Of a DNA stretch of 43,396 bases, positions 28,792-38,938 are shown in pieces. Under the pieces are notes generated by a model. That model was not told the origin of the DNA. It worked only from the letters and a program-made list of their open reading frames with translations, and made no database searches. The position numbers were made by a program, and so were the translations under genes. Each line of letters opens with the position of its first letter. The first letter of the stretch is position 1. The stretch is taken from assembly GCA_024278215.1 (NCBI GenBank), contig JAJRTR010000167.1, forward strand, positions 1 through 43,396. The letters run 5' to 3'. The stretch is from a bacterium. Lineage in GTDB: Bacteria; UBP15; UBA6099; JAJRTR01.

Positions 28792-28820
28792 TTTACTTAT
28801 TAGAACTATCACTGTAAAAT
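28792..28820 (+). promoter_or_regulatory. Sigma70 promoter for fliN-prsA
   Basis: TTTACT-N17-TAAAAT. Confidence 0.45.
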
Positions 28821-28904
28821 GTTACAATCATCTTACCGGAGCAATAAGATACAGGCAATACTTTAGATGATTTTTTTTAATGCGCGAAAGAGAGGAACAC
28901 CGGG

Positions 28905-29561
28905 ATGAGTGATCCGACACTGAACCAGGATGAAATTGACGCACTGTTGGCGGATGTAGGAGACCCGACAGAAGAAGCGCCGGAGGAGACTGCCGCTGTT
29001 GACGCAGTTGCTGAACCTGAAGCAGCCGTCGGCGGAGACGACCTCGGTGATCTCGGTCTTGATGATATCGGCGACATTGGAGACGTGAGCAGCGACGACG
29101 CCGGTATGGGCGGAGACGATATGAACGGAGACGATATGGACCTCGGTGGTCTGGGCGATGACGACGCGGCCGACGACCTCGCGGCTATGCTTGACGACTC
29201 GCCTGCCGACGACATGGGCGATCTGGGTGAGGCAGCCCCGGCGGCTGAACCTGCTGCGGCTTCGACATCGAACGCTCCATCGGTTATGGCCGAATTCTCC
29301 CAGAAGAATATCGAGGTGCTTCTCGATGTTCCCTTGCAGATCATTGTCGAGCTTGGGCGGGCACAGATGCCGATTCAAAAAATTCTCGAACTCGGCCCGG
29401 GCTCCATCGTCGAGCTCAACCGCATGTCCGGGGAACCCATCAACATTCTTGTCAACAGCAGACTCGTTGCCAAAGGCGAAGTTGTTGTCGTAGACGAGAA
29501 CTTCGGCATCAAGATCACCAGCATCATCAGCCCCATGGAGAGGCTGACACAATTAAATTAA
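28905..29561 (+). CDS. fliN: Flagellar motor switch protein FliN with N-terminal CheY-binding-like peptide
   Basis: C-terminal SpoA domain ([13 protein letters not shown]...[15 protein letters not shown]); N-terminal [10 protein letters not shown]; acidic linker. Confidence 0.88.
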   Translation: MSDPTLNQDEIDALLADVGDPTEEAPEETAAVDAVAEPEAAVGGDDLGDLGLDDIGDIGDVSSDDAGMGGDDMNGDDMDLGGLGDDDAADDLAAMLDDSPADDMGDLGEAAPAAEPAAASTSNAPSVMAEFSQKNIEVLLDVPLQIIVELGRAQMPIQKILELGPGSIVELNRMSGEPINILVNSRLVAKGEVVVVDENFGIKITSIISPMERLTQLN

Positions 29562-29613
29562 ACCGCTTTGCACCGCTTCTCATTTCAGCGTTGTAAACAT
29601 CATTGGAGGACTT

Positions 29614-30645
29614 ATGTCTGCTGTTAAGCTGTTTTGCCGTGTTTCCATTTGTTTCGCGCTATGCGCTGTTGTCCTCACCGGCTGCGCCGGAACAGGCCGC
29701 AACTCAAAGTCCGGGCCGGAAGGCAACACCGCCGTCAAAAAAGACGGCACCCCGCTCGTTGAATATGACGGCGGCATGATTACTGTCGAAGAAGTTAAGT
29801 TTCTTCTTGGAAAAATGCCCCAGAAGGAAAGAGCCCAGTATCAAACGCCCTCCGGCATCAAACAGCTCGTTAATACTATCGCCGAGCGTTCTGTTCTCGC
29901 TTCTGTAGCAAGAGACAAGGGCTTCGACAAAGAAAAAGACGTCAGGGCCATGCTGGAAATCCTCGACAATAATATACTTTCCCAGGAAGTTTTCCAGAAG
30001 GAACTTCAGCCGCTGATGGACAACCCGGTCATCACGGAAGAAGACATGAAAAAGTATTACGAGGACAATAAAAAGCAATTCGATAAATCCAAGGTGAAAG
30101 CGGCACACATTCTCGTCAAAGATGAAGCCGAAGCCAAAGAAATATATAAGCAGGTGAAGGATTCGCCCGAAAAGTTCGCGGAAATGGCCAAAGAAAAATC
30201 GATCGACGAAGGAAGTGCCAAGAACGGCGGCGACCTGGGTTGGTTTGACCGCGGTGTTATGGTCCCCGAATTCGAGGACGTAGCGTTTTCGCTAAAACCC
30301 GGCGAAGTCAGCGAACCGTTCAAGACTATGTTCGGGTGGCACATTATACGGTTGGAAGACAAAACTGAAACCGGCATGAAATCATTCGAGGATTCGAAAC
30401 AGCAGATACGGGGCATTCTCATGAGGACCCAGGGCCGAAAAGCGGTCGAGGCTAAAATCGAGGAATACAAGGCCAACAAGCATCTCAAGATTCTGGAAGA
30501 AAATCTTGCAAAGATTTCAGAAACGGCCCCCGCGGCAGTCACACCTCCCGCGGACCTCACACCGCCGCCGCCCGCGGGCAACGCCGCGCCGTCTGCGGAA
30601 AAAACACCTCCGCCCCCGCCCGACATTCCCGACTCAAAGGAATAA
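29614..30645 (+). CDS. PrsA/PpiC-type peptidyl-prolyl isomerase lipoprotein
   Basis: Lipobox [41 protein letters not shown]. Confidence 0.9.
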   Translation: MSAVKLFCRVSICFALCAVVLTGCAGTGRNSKSGPEGNTAVKKDGTPLVEYDGGMITVEEVKFLLGKMPQKERAQYQTPSGIKQLVNTIAERSVLASVARDKGFDKEKDVRAMLEILDNNILSQEVFQKELQPLMDNPVITEEDMKKYYEDNKKQFDKSKVKAAHILVKDEAEAKEIYKQVKDSPEKFAEMAKEKSIDEGSAKNGGDLGWFDRGVMVPEFEDVAFSLKPGEVSEPFKTMFGWHIIRLEDKTETGMKSFEDSKQQIRGILMRTQGRKAVEAKIEEYKANKHLKILEENLAKISETAPAAVTPPADLTPPPPAGNAAPSAEKTPPPPPDIPDSKE

Positions 30646-30650
30646 CGGAA

Positions 30651-30691
30651 GAGCCGATTATTGCAGCAGAAGCCTATTTTGCAATCGGCGC
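30651..30691 (+). repeat. 41-bp deletion derivative of the 178-bp element
   Basis: GAGCCGATT...GCAGCAGAAGCCTATTTTGCAATCGGCGC retains both degenerate ends. Confidence 0.5.
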
Positions 30692-30725
30692 GGAAGTGAT
30701 CGGTCAACAATTATAAACTCGAAAC

Positions 30726-30758
30726 AAAAAAGCGCCGGTCTCAAAACCGGCGCTTTTT
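30726..30758. terminator. Bidirectional intrinsic terminator
   Basis: AAAAAAGCGCCGGT-CTCAAA-ACCGGCGCTTTTT after the PPIase gene; a second hairpin CCGCCTGTCG/CGACAGGCGG lies at 30778-30801. Confidence 0.85.
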
Positions 30759-30810
30759 ACATGCGCGCCCGGAGGGGCCGCCTGTCGTTTGCGACAGGCG
30801 GGCGGTCTAT

Positions 30811-30839
30811 TTGAAAAATAGTGGTTAATTCATGATAAT
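30811..30839 (+). promoter_or_regulatory. Sigma70 promoter for kinase-rpe-radical SAM
   Basis: TTGAAA-N17-GATAAT. Confidence 0.5.
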
Positions 30840-30892
30840 AGAGTTAAAATATAATACTTTTGAAAGCCGGGGATAGTTGCTTATTAAAGACT

Positions 30893-32920
30893 ATGGAAGG
30901 TAAAACACTCGGAAACAAATATCAGATAATTGAAAAGATCCGCAGGCAGCGGTTCTACGATGTATATGTTGCGCGGCTTGTGGACACGGACCAGAGGCTG
31001 CTCGTCAAACTTCTTAGAAGCGAGCTTTTCGAGCCGGACACTACGTTCGACAGGCTCAGCCCCAACCTGGCGGTGATCGCTTCGTTACGCCACAGCGGAA
31101 TCATTTCACTACGCGATTACGGCAAGACCGAAGATTCAATATACTGCGTCGAAGAATATTTCGACGGCGCGGTTCTCAGCGATGTTCTCGCGCAGGCCGG
31201 CGGTGCCATAAATTCGATGAACGCACTCGGCCAGGGCATTAAGATAGCAGAAGCCTTGGCCTTCGCGCACAAAAAGGGTGTGGTCCACGGACTGCTGACA
31301 CCTGAATCCGTCACGGTCGCCGGCGACCTCTCCCTGAAAGTCGGCGACTTCTATTATCTCGCCGACCTCACAGGCAGCCTGACGACAAACAAGGAGTTCC
31401 AGGGCAGAGATGTCCGCTACTGTGCTCCTGAAGTTCTGGCCGGCGAAAAAGCTTCAACACAGGCAGACGTCTTTTCCATCGGCGTTATCCTCTACGAACT
31501 CCTCACCGGCCTGACACCCTTCAACAGGGAAGAGTCTATCTCAAAAGCGCTGGAAAAAAGTCCATGGGAAATCAAAAGTCCGCGGGAACACAATTCACAG
31601 ATACCGAGGCTTCTCGATTCCGTAATAATCAAATGCTTAAAAAGGGACCCGGGCGCCAGATATAAAAACGCGGAGAAACTTCTGTCCGAACTTCATTTGT
31701 GTCGCACTTCGCTCGCCCGCGCCATGGCCGAAGCCAGAAAAGCGGAGCGCGAACAACAATCAGGCGGCATCCATGACGATGGGACACAATCGCTCAACAG
31801 GATAATCGAAGAAAAAAGGAAAAAGAACCTTATTTCTTCTCAAAAAACTCAGACCAGCTCGTTTATTGGAGAAAGTGACCGGCAGACTACAAGCAGCAAG
31901 GACGGCTATATGCCCGAGTCAACAGCAGAAAAGGAAACCACGCCAAAGAAACCAGCCGGGAAACTGCCTGCCGGTTTTATCGCTTTTCTGGTCTCTTTCG
32001 GTATTCTGGTCGCACTTATCGTTTTCGGCGTAAAGATGATCGTCGGCTACCTCGGCATCGAGGGTTCACCGGGCGACGCGGTTATCGTTCCTTCTGTCGT
32101 CGGCAAAAGCATTGTCGAGGCAAAGGCTCTCCTCGGTAACAAGGACCTTGTCCCCGAGGTGACCGGATCGCAATTCAGCAGGGAAGTAGCTGAAGGCTAC
32201 ATCATCAGCCAGACACCACCGGCAGGGTCAAACGTGAAAGCCGGTCGAAAAGTCGAACTCATTTTCAGCGAGGGCGAACAGAAATTATCGGTGCCTAAAG
32301 TAACCAGCCTCACGAGCGAGGACGCACGCCTTATCATAGAAAAAGCGGGTTTCGAAGTCGGTGAAATCCGCAAGGAATACAACGAGCGCCATGCCGAAGG
32401 CTACGTGCTCTCACAGGCGCCCGAACCCGGCGAGGACAGGTTCAAAGGCCAAAAAATCAATCTTGTCGTCAGCCTCGGAAAATCTCCTCAAATGATCACC
32501 ATGCCGCGCGTCACGGACCTTCCCGTAAGTGAAGCGCGTCAGATTCTGAAAATGAACGACATCGTTTCCGTTACGATCAAGAAAATGGAAACAGGCGCAG
32601 GCCTGGCCGGTTACATCGTAGCCCAGAACGTTCTCGAAGGTACACGCATCGACCCCGATCAGAAAGTAATCCTATACGCCGCCGAAAGACCCCGGACGAC
32701 AAGCCTCATCGAGGTCAAAGGCGATGTCACCATGAAGATATCTGAAGAAGAGAAGGTCCAGGAAGTCATCGTTATTGTTTTCGACCAGGAAGGCAGCCGC
32801 GAGGTCTACCGGAAAATCCACGAGCCCGGCGACAAGTTCAAAGTCAGTGTTTCCGGCTTCGGCGTCACTAATGTTAAAGTCTACATCGATGGGTTCCTCG
32901 CCAAGGAAGCGACACTGTAA
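30893..32920 (+). CDS. PknB/PrkC-like membrane protein with kinase-fold and three PASTA domains (probable pseudokinase)
   Basis: YCAPE, ADVFSIGVILYELLTG, TM helix, PASTA starts VPSVVG / VPKVTS / MPRVTD; catalytic motifs degenerate. Confidence 0.85.
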   Translation: MEGKTLGNKYQIIEKIRRQRFYDVYVARLVDTDQRLLVKLLRSELFEPDTTFDRLSPNLAVIASLRHSGIISLRDYGKTEDSIYCVEEYFDGAVLSDVLAQAGGAINSMNALGQGIKIAEALAFAHKKGVVHGLLTPESVTVAGDLSLKVGDFYYLADLTGSLTTNKEFQGRDVRYCAPEVLAGEKASTQADVFSIGVILYELLTGLTPFNREESISKALEKSPWEIKSPREHNSQIPRLLDSVIIKCLKRDPGARYKNAEKLLSELHLCRTSLARAMAEARKAEREQQSGGIHDDGTQSLNRIIEEKRKKNLISSQKTQTSSFIGESDRQTTSSKDGYMPESTAEKETTPKKPAGKLPAGFIAFLVSFGILVALIVFGVKMIVGYLGIEGSPGDAVIVPSVVGKSIVEAKALLGNKDLVPEVTGSQFSREVAEGYIISQTPPAGSNVKAGRKVELIFSEGEQKLSVPKVTSLTSEDARLIIEKAGFEVGEIRKEYNERHAEGYVLSQAPEPGEDRFKGQKINLVVSLGKSPQMITMPRVTDLPVSEARQILKMNDIVSVTIKKMETGAGLAGYIVAQNVLEGTRIDPDQKVILYAAERPRTTSLIEVKGDVTMKISEEEKVQEVIVIVFDQEGSREVYRKIHEPGDKFKVSVSGFGVTNVKVYIDGFLAKEATL

Positions 32921-32988
32921 TCTTCAGCCCGTTATCAACAGCGCGGTCGTCACACCACGCCACAATACGCAGGAGAGACAGGACCGGA

Positions 32989-33660
32989 ATGAAAAAACTC
33001 ATAATTTCACCATCGATACTCAGCGCGGATTTCTACAACCTCGAGAAAGACGCTGAAGAACTTAAAAAATGCGGTGCGGACACACTGCACGTGGATGTCA
33101 TGGACGGCAGTTTTGTAAACAACATCACCATCGGGCAGGCCTTCGTACAGTCGATCGCCGAATCCGTTCCACTGCCCATGGACGTGCATCTTATGATCGA
33201 CCGCCCCGAGCGTTTCATCAAAGACTATGCCGTCGAGAATGTCAACAATATTTGCGTACATCCCGAATCGACGGACCATCTCGACGGCACGCTCCAGCAG
33301 ATAATGGAAACCGGCATAAAAACAGGCGTAGCCCTCAATCCGGCAACTCCACTCGCCTCGCTGCAATGGGTAATCGACAAGGTCGATCTTATAATGATTA
33401 TGACGGTTAATCCCGGATTCGGCGGCCAGAAATTCATCAAGGCGATGCTGCCCAAAATCGAGCAGGCGCGTGAACTCATCGACGATGCGGGCAAAGATAT
33501 CATACTCGCGGTCGACGGCGGCGTAACAGGCGACAACGCACCGGAAATCGTCGCCGCCGGAGCCGATTATCTCGTGTCCGGATCATACATTCTCTCGAAT
33601 AAAAATCTTTCCGTCCAACAGGCGATAGCCGAACTCCAAAAAGCGGAAACACGAAAATAA
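32989..33660 (+). CDS. rpe: Ribulose-phosphate 3-epimerase
   Basis: SPSILSADF, HVDVMDG, DVHLMI, MTVNPGFGGQKF, VDGG. Confidence 0.96.
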   Translation: MKKLIISPSILSADFYNLEKDAEELKKCGADTLHVDVMDGSFVNNITIGQAFVQSIAESVPLPMDVHLMIDRPERFIKDYAVENVNNICVHPESTDHLDGTLQQIMETGIKTGVALNPATPLASLQWVIDKVDLIMIMTVNPGFGGQKFIKAMLPKIEQARELIDDAGKDIILAVDGGVTGDNAPEIVAAGADYLVSGSYILSNKNLSVQQAIAELQKAETRK

Positions 33661-33688
33661 TAATGCAACGTATCAACTGAGCCGCTTT

Positions 33689-35122
33689 ATGAAAGTAATC
33701 TTTTTACAGGACAACGGAATAAACGAATCACTGTCGGTGACCGACGTTGCGGGCCTGCTCGAAGACCGCGGCCACGAGTGCGACCTGTTTATCGAACACA
33801 ACGAAAGAGATTTCTACGGAGAAGTCGAGCGAAGCAGGCCGGGGCTCATCGTGATCCCCATGGACGTGTGGGGCGAAAAGAAGGCTATCGACATGGCCGG
33901 AAAAGTGAAGCAGCGCGTGGATGCGCCGATCGTGTTCGCAGGCACCTACCCCCTTCTCATGCCAGAGATCATCGAGCGGCGCGGCGTGGACATTGTTTGT
34001 GTCGGCGAAGCGGAGTTTCCCATCCTCGAACTCGCCGAACACATCGAGCAGGGCAAAGACTACTACGACATACCCAACCTGCACGTCCGCCGCAACGGTG
34101 ACATAATCCGAAACGATATGCGCCCTCTGCTCCAGGACCTCGACCAACTCCCGCTGCCCGACCGCGGCATATATTTCAAATACCGTTTCCTGCGCGACTT
34201 CAGCATAAAGAGATTCACCAGCGGTCGCGGTTGCCCCAACGCATGTTCCTTCTGCTACAACGCGAAATTCCGCGAGATATACCGGGGCCACGGAAAGTAC
34301 GTCAGGCGAAAATCCGTCCGGCGCGTTATCGACGAGATAGAAGAGATGAAGCGCATCGCACCCATGCGCAGCATACATTTCTCCGACGACCTTTTCACCG
34401 ACAACAAAAAATGGGTCCTCGAGTTCTGCCGGGAATACTCCGCACGCTTCGATGTGCCCTGGACATGCAACACCGCCGTCCACGCAGTCGACGAAGAGAT
34501 GGTCGACGCGATCAAACGCGCCGGTTGTTTCGGCATCGCCATGGGCGTCGAGACCGGCCGCGAGTTCCTCCGCATGGACACTCTCAACAAACCCTACCGC
34601 GACCGACAGGTGCTTCGCGTCGCACGCATGATAAAAGACAAAGGTCTCTATCTCACATCCTTCAACATGATCGCCCTGCCGAACGAAAGCATCGAGGACG
34701 CTCTCGTAACCGTCCGCCTGAACCGCTTCCTGCGCTCGGACAATGTACGTGTCTTTTTCCTCTCGCCGATCCCTCGCACCAGGCTCACCGAGAACGCCAT
34801 CTCCGAAGGCCTCCTGCGCGAAAACTACGACCGCGAAGGCGCACAGGTTCTCACCCCGGAGATACACTCATCACAGATGGAAAAACTTCAAACTCTCTAC
34901 TATTTATACGATGTCGCCCTCATCTCGCCGTTCTTCGAGAAGCTTGTCACACGCATGTTGGGTGCGCGTGTGCCCGGCATAATAAAATTCCTGCTCCTAC
35001 TCCCGCGCATGCTCCGCGAACAGAAATTCTTCAACATATCTCTCTTCTCCGGCATAAAATATTTCCTCAACACAACACTGCCGCAAAACCGCACGAAAAA
35101 TTTTAACAACTACTTGCCGTAA
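33689..35122 (+). CDS. B12-binding-domain radical SAM protein
   Basis: SGRGCPNACSFC, N-terminal cobalamin-binding-like region (DIVCVGEAE), FSDDLFT, GVETG. Confidence 0.88.
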   Translation: MKVIFLQDNGINESLSVTDVAGLLEDRGHECDLFIEHNERDFYGEVERSRPGLIVIPMDVWGEKKAIDMAGKVKQRVDAPIVFAGTYPLLMPEIIERRGVDIVCVGEAEFPILELAEHIEQGKDYYDIPNLHVRRNGDIIRNDMRPLLQDLDQLPLPDRGIYFKYRFLRDFSIKRFTSGRGCPNACSFCYNAKFREIYRGHGKYVRRKSVRRVIDEIEEMKRIAPMRSIHFSDDLFTDNKKWVLEFCREYSARFDVPWTCNTAVHAVDEEMVDAIKRAGCFGIAMGVETGREFLRMDTLNKPYRDRQVLRVARMIKDKGLYLTSFNMIALPNESIEDALVTVRLNRFLRSDNVRVFFLSPIPRTRLTENAISEGLLRENYDREGAQVLTPEIHSSQMEKLQTLYYLYDVALISPFFEKLVTRMLGARVPGIIKFLLLLPRMLREQKFFNISLFSGIKYFLNTTLPQNRTKNFNNYLP

Positions 35123-35200
35123 CCGGTACCGCCTGTATTTTCCTTTCATACCGCGTCATAATTATAAGATGCAGCACATGCGTCCCGCCTGTGCAGTTCA

Positions 35201-35233
35201 GCCCGGCTTTCTTCTTCGAGAAATCCGGGCTAC
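35201..35233 (-). repeat. GTAG-type REP-like hairpin, family 2
   Basis: Minus strand GTAGCCCGGATTTCTCGAAGAAGAAAGCCGGGC; its TAG is the stop of the upstream CDS. Confidence 0.65.
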
Positions 35234-36525
35234 TTCCTGTATCTTTTCCTTGCCTCATTGAGCCACTTGTTGATGTACTCATTTTTCACAACAGCATCCG
35301 ACCACTTCTCGCCTGCAAGCGACATGGCATCCTCTTCCGTGATGGGCGGCGCGAGCAGCGCGGCGCGTTTTTTCTTGTTCTTCGACACCTTTTCCCAGGC
35401 CGCCGCCAGGTCTTTGTGTGTGTCAATGACGTAAGCGCCGATAAGGTCGTTAAGCAGTCCCCACCTCTTCGAACCCTTCTCGAAGTCATAAGTGAAACCT
35501 TTCTTCTGCGCGAACGGATTTACCGTAACATTTGATTTACCGGCATAATCTTTGTAAAGCGAGGGCAGCACACACATCTTGTTGAGCGACACATCCACCG
35601 GCCCGCCCGGCACACCCTTTTTGTACAGCCATATCTTCTGGCCCGCCGGGCTCATCGTAAACTCGATATACGCTTCGGCAACTTTCTTGTTTGGCGCTCC
35701 TTTCAGCATCGCTATCGGGTCCGGCGTAATAACAGTCGCCTGCTGCGGCAGCACGAATCCCAACCGTTTAGGGCCAAGGTCCTCGATGGCCGAAAACGCA
35801 TAAGTATCTATAGAAAGAGCAACCGCAGTTTCGCCCACTGCTAGATCCTTGCTGATCTGGCCTGAACTCTTGGGAAAATTCCGCACATTCGCGCCAGTAG
35901 CCAGAATAATCTCCCAGCCGCGCTCCCATCCATAAGCCTGCAGGATAAGCTCGTACATAATGTGAGTGCTTCCGCTGTGGCGCGGGTCGCTCGAACCGAC
36001 AAGTTCATAAAAATCAGGGTCCGCAAGATCAACCCAACTCTGCGGCGTTTCCAGTCCGTACATTTTGAGCAGTTTCTTGTTGTAGAGAATACCGAATCCG
36101 GCCAGTGAAGAGCCATACCAGCGATACTCACTGTCATAGAGCGGTATTCCGTTGAGGTCCTTCGGTATAGTGCCGATGATTTTATCCGGCAGTTTGTAAG
36201 GTTGCAAAAGACTGTCTTTGGATAGTTCGATATAGGGGTCGATGCCGCCACCGTAGAAAATATCTACATCGATTCCTTCCGGACTGCGCGAGAAACCCGA
36301 TTTGATGAACCGCAGATCGTCCGATGTGCCGCCCTGGTCCAGCCAGGTTATCTCGACATCTCCGCCCCGGTTCGCGGCGTACCATTTCCCGAATCCCCTT
36401 GTAAACTCCGTTCGGATGCCCTCCCAATGGGGTGATATTATCACCAGTTTGTCCGCCGCTCGCGCCGGCCCCGACGCAATCACTACAACCATAAATAAAA
36501 GCAGTATTACTTTGAAATATCTCAT
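35230..36525 (-). CDS. ABC transporter substrate-binding protein (Fe3+/thiamine/phosphonate-like SBP family)
   Basis: Signal peptide; DIFYGGG, PQSWVDLADP, DPRHSGS, IAMLKGAPNKKVAEAYIEF. Confidence 0.85.
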   Translation of the reverse strand: MRYFKVILLLFMVVVIASGPARAADKLVIISPHWEGIRTEFTRGFGKWYAANRGGDVEITWLDQGGTSDDLRFIKSGFSRSPEGIDVDIFYGGGIDPYIELSKDSLLQPYKLPDKIIGTIPKDLNGIPLYDSEYRWYGSSLAGFGILYNKKLLKMYGLETPQSWVDLADPDFYELVGSSDPRHSGSTHIMYELILQAYGWERGWEIILATGANVRNFPKSSGQISKDLAVGETAVALSIDTYAFSAIEDLGPKRLGFVLPQQATVITPDPIAMLKGAPNKKVAEAYIEFTMSPAGQKIWLYKKGVPGGPVDVSLNKMCVLPSLYKDYAGKSNVTVNPFAQKKGFTYDFEKGSKRWGLLNDLIGAYVIDTHKDLAAAWEKVSKNKKKRAALLAPPITEEDAMSLAGEKWSDAVVKNEYINKWLNEARKRYRK

Positions 36526-36599
36526 CCTGAAACTCCTGTTGATGCTTTATATGTTGCCACGACAGTCATAAGTCTATCATATATTATTCACCGCCACTA

Positions 36600-36778
36600 G
36601 AGCCAATTGCAAAATTATGTTCGAAGCGAGGTCGAACGAAATTCTCCAAAAGCAAGGCGGAGGTGCAAAATTCCCGCAGACGTACTTGCAGAGTACGTCG
36701 AGGAAGATTTTGCGCCGACAACGCAGCTGTTGGCAATTGCAGCCGACCGCAGCCGAATCAGAATTTTGCAATTGGCTC
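36600..36778 (+). mobile_element. ~178-bp palindromic element, copy E
   Basis: Perfect 17-bp TIRs GAGCCAATTGCAAAATT / AATTTTGCAATTGGCTC; central GACGTACT-N5-AGTACGTC hairpin. Confidence 0.85.
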
Positions 36779-36923
36779 CTTGTATTATTGCATTGAAAAT
36801 GTTAAAATTCATTTAACTCGAAGCAATAACATCCGCCTTATTTCGAACAATTTCGCACGGTCTCACGACAGAATATAATTTTCACAATAGGTTCAGGAAT
36901 TGTTAATGGTAAAGGAAACCATT

Positions 36924-38294
36924 ATGTCTTTCTTTGAAAAGAATCTTAAGGCGCTCACCAGTGCGGATTTCCCCGGGAAATATGAAATCATCAAGAAGCT
37001 GCGCTCGGAAGTACCACTTGAGAGGGTGGAAACATCGGTTCAAGATTGTCCCACGGCTTTTGGGTTTGATGGAATAAGAAAAGTCGCACTTCACAGCACA
37101 AGGAATCCTGTCAAAGAGGCTGAGAGATGGATAGCAACAAATAAGCTCGATGAACATAATCATCTTGTGGCACTGGGTATTGCTCTTGGTTATCATGTAG
37201 AAGCGGCTTTGAATCTTTATCATTCCGAATCAAGAATAATCGTTGTAGAATTGAATCTTAAACACTTCGCAACTGCGCTACATGCTCGTGATCTGTCCAC
37301 CATATTAGATAACGATAGAATAAAATTGTTTCTCGGACCTATGGACATTATCCGTAATGAATTTATTTCGGAAACAGAATATCTGAAAGAGAATGACGGT
37401 GTGGAAGTTGAGGTAATGATTCATGAGCCGTCTTTACGGACATTGCCGAAGTCCGAGCAACAGTCTCAAGAAATATTTTACTATATAAGAAACATCAGGA
37501 TTTCAACTAAAAATACACGCCAACAGAGACTTCAGCAAAAGAATCAGGCAGGGAATGAGGAAGTTGTAAAAGCATCAGTGTCGGTAGAAACGCTAAGGGG
37601 CAGTCAATTGGGGCGCACGGCGATATTGATCGCGCCGGGACCCTCGCTGCAGAAAAACCTGCATCTTGTTGCTCTGGCTGCTGGACATGCTGTCACAGTG
37701 TGCCTGGACGCTGCTCTTAAGCCTGCGGTAAATGCGGGGCTGGTGCCGGATTACGTAGTTACCATTGATCCGGCTGATATAATCTCTGATTTTTTTGATT
37801 TCTCATTCAGCAACAAAACCGGGTTGATTTTTTTCCCGGGTTCGAACATGAAGGCGGTACGCCGCTTTGCGCCGGAGAACCGTTTTGTAGCAATGCCGTC
37901 GGACATTCCCCCGCCGTCAGGCAGAGAACGTGGTTTCGAGGGAATGCTGTACCGGAGCAGTTCCGTGATCATCACAGCGCTGGACTTCTACCGGCATATA
38001 GGCTGCAATTCAATCATTCTTGTCGGGGCGGATCATGCTGTGCGCAAAGACAGGTCGCACGTGGAAGGAGCTGCCACACAATCCCGCAAATCGAGCCGTC
38101 TGATCAAAGCCGGGGGCTATTTCGGCGTAGAAGTCAACGTCCCTGAAGATTACTATATATATTTGCGTGAAATCGAAACTTTTTTTGAAAAATATTTTCC
38201 AGGATGTCAGCTCATCAATGCCACGGAAGGTGGCAGTAGAATAAACGGTTGCAGGCAGTCGAGTTTCCTGGATGCTGTCGTAAATATTTTATAA
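36924..38294 (+). CDS. Motility-associated factor / DUF115 (MAF_flag10, MptE-like) protein
   Basis: FFEKNLKAL, LHSTRNPVKEAE, GIALGYH, AILIAPGPSL.KN, PDYVVTID, IILVGAD, INATEGG. Confidence 0.8.
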   Translation: MSFFEKNLKALTSADFPGKYEIIKKLRSEVPLERVETSVQDCPTAFGFDGIRKVALHSTRNPVKEAERWIATNKLDEHNHLVALGIALGYHVEAALNLYHSESRIIVVELNLKHFATALHARDLSTILDNDRIKLFLGPMDIIRNEFISETEYLKENDGVEVEVMIHEPSLRTLPKSEQQSQEIFYYIRNIRISTKNTRQQRLQQKNQAGNEEVVKASVSVETLRGSQLGRTAILIAPGPSLQKNLHLVALAAGHAVTVCLDAALKPAVNAGLVPDYVVTIDPADIISDFFDFSFSNKTGLIFFPGSNMKAVRRFAPENRFVAMPSDIPPPSGRERGFEGMLYRSSSVIITALDFYRHIGCNSIILVGADHAVRKDRSHVEGAATQSRKSSRLIKAGGYFGVEVNVPEDYYIYLREIETFFEKYFPGCQLINATEGGSRINGCRQSSFLDAVVNIL

Positions 38295-38516
38295 GAAGCT
38301 CCCGCGTGAAATCTTTCCTGTCTCTCTACTGTCCGGTCACACTAATCAGCCCAATGATAAAAAAAGTTTTGCAAAGATTATCCTAACCCGGCAAAACCGG
38401 AACCAAAAAGGCCGCATTTTCGTGCCCAAACAAATACGGTTTGAGCACGTCACACAGAGTTTCATCGTTCCCAAGGTCTACCACTACATGAGTTTAAGGA
38501 GTAATCAGGAAGATTA

Positions 38517-38567
38517 TTGACAATATCGACTGAATTACATACCATACATGAATATATGTTCACACAT
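38517..38567 (+). promoter_or_regulatory. Promoter and SmtB/CzrA-type operator of the metal-response operon
   Basis: TTGACA-N17-TACCAT followed by TGAA-N6-TTCA inverted repeat (38549-38562). Confidence 0.75.
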
Positions 38568-38578
38568 GAGGTGTAATC

Positions 38579-38938
38579 ATGCAAGATGGACCTGCAAAAA
38601 CATGTTCAACGAAATACGTCCATAAGGATGTGGTGGAGCGAGTCGAGAAGAATATGAAACCTGAGGATACGCTTCTGCGGCTTGCCGAGTTTTTCAAGGT
38701 TTTCGGCGATGTGACACGCCTTAAGATACTGACCGCGATCACCGGGAACGAACTGTGTGTGTGTGATATTGCATGTATCACAGGCATGAGCGATTCGGCT
38801 ATATCGCACCAGTTGCGGATTCTGCGCAATACAAGACTTGTCAAATATCGACGTGAGGGCCGTGTTGTCTTCTATTCGCTGGACGACGAACATATCTCCG
38901 GCATCATTACGGAAGGAATCAGCCATGTCGAGGAGTAG
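38579..38938 (+). CDS. ArsR/SmtB metalloregulator (CadC/ZiaR-like)
   Basis: FKVFGDVTRLKIL, ELCVCDIA (alpha3 site), SAISHQLRILR, DDEH-x10-HVEE (alpha5 site). Confidence 0.92.
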   Translation: MQDGPAKTCSTKYVHKDVVERVEKNMKPEDTLLRLAEFFKVFGDVTRLKILTAITGNELCVCDIACITGMSDSAISHQLRILRNTRLVKYRREGRVVFYSLDDEHISGIITEGISHVEE

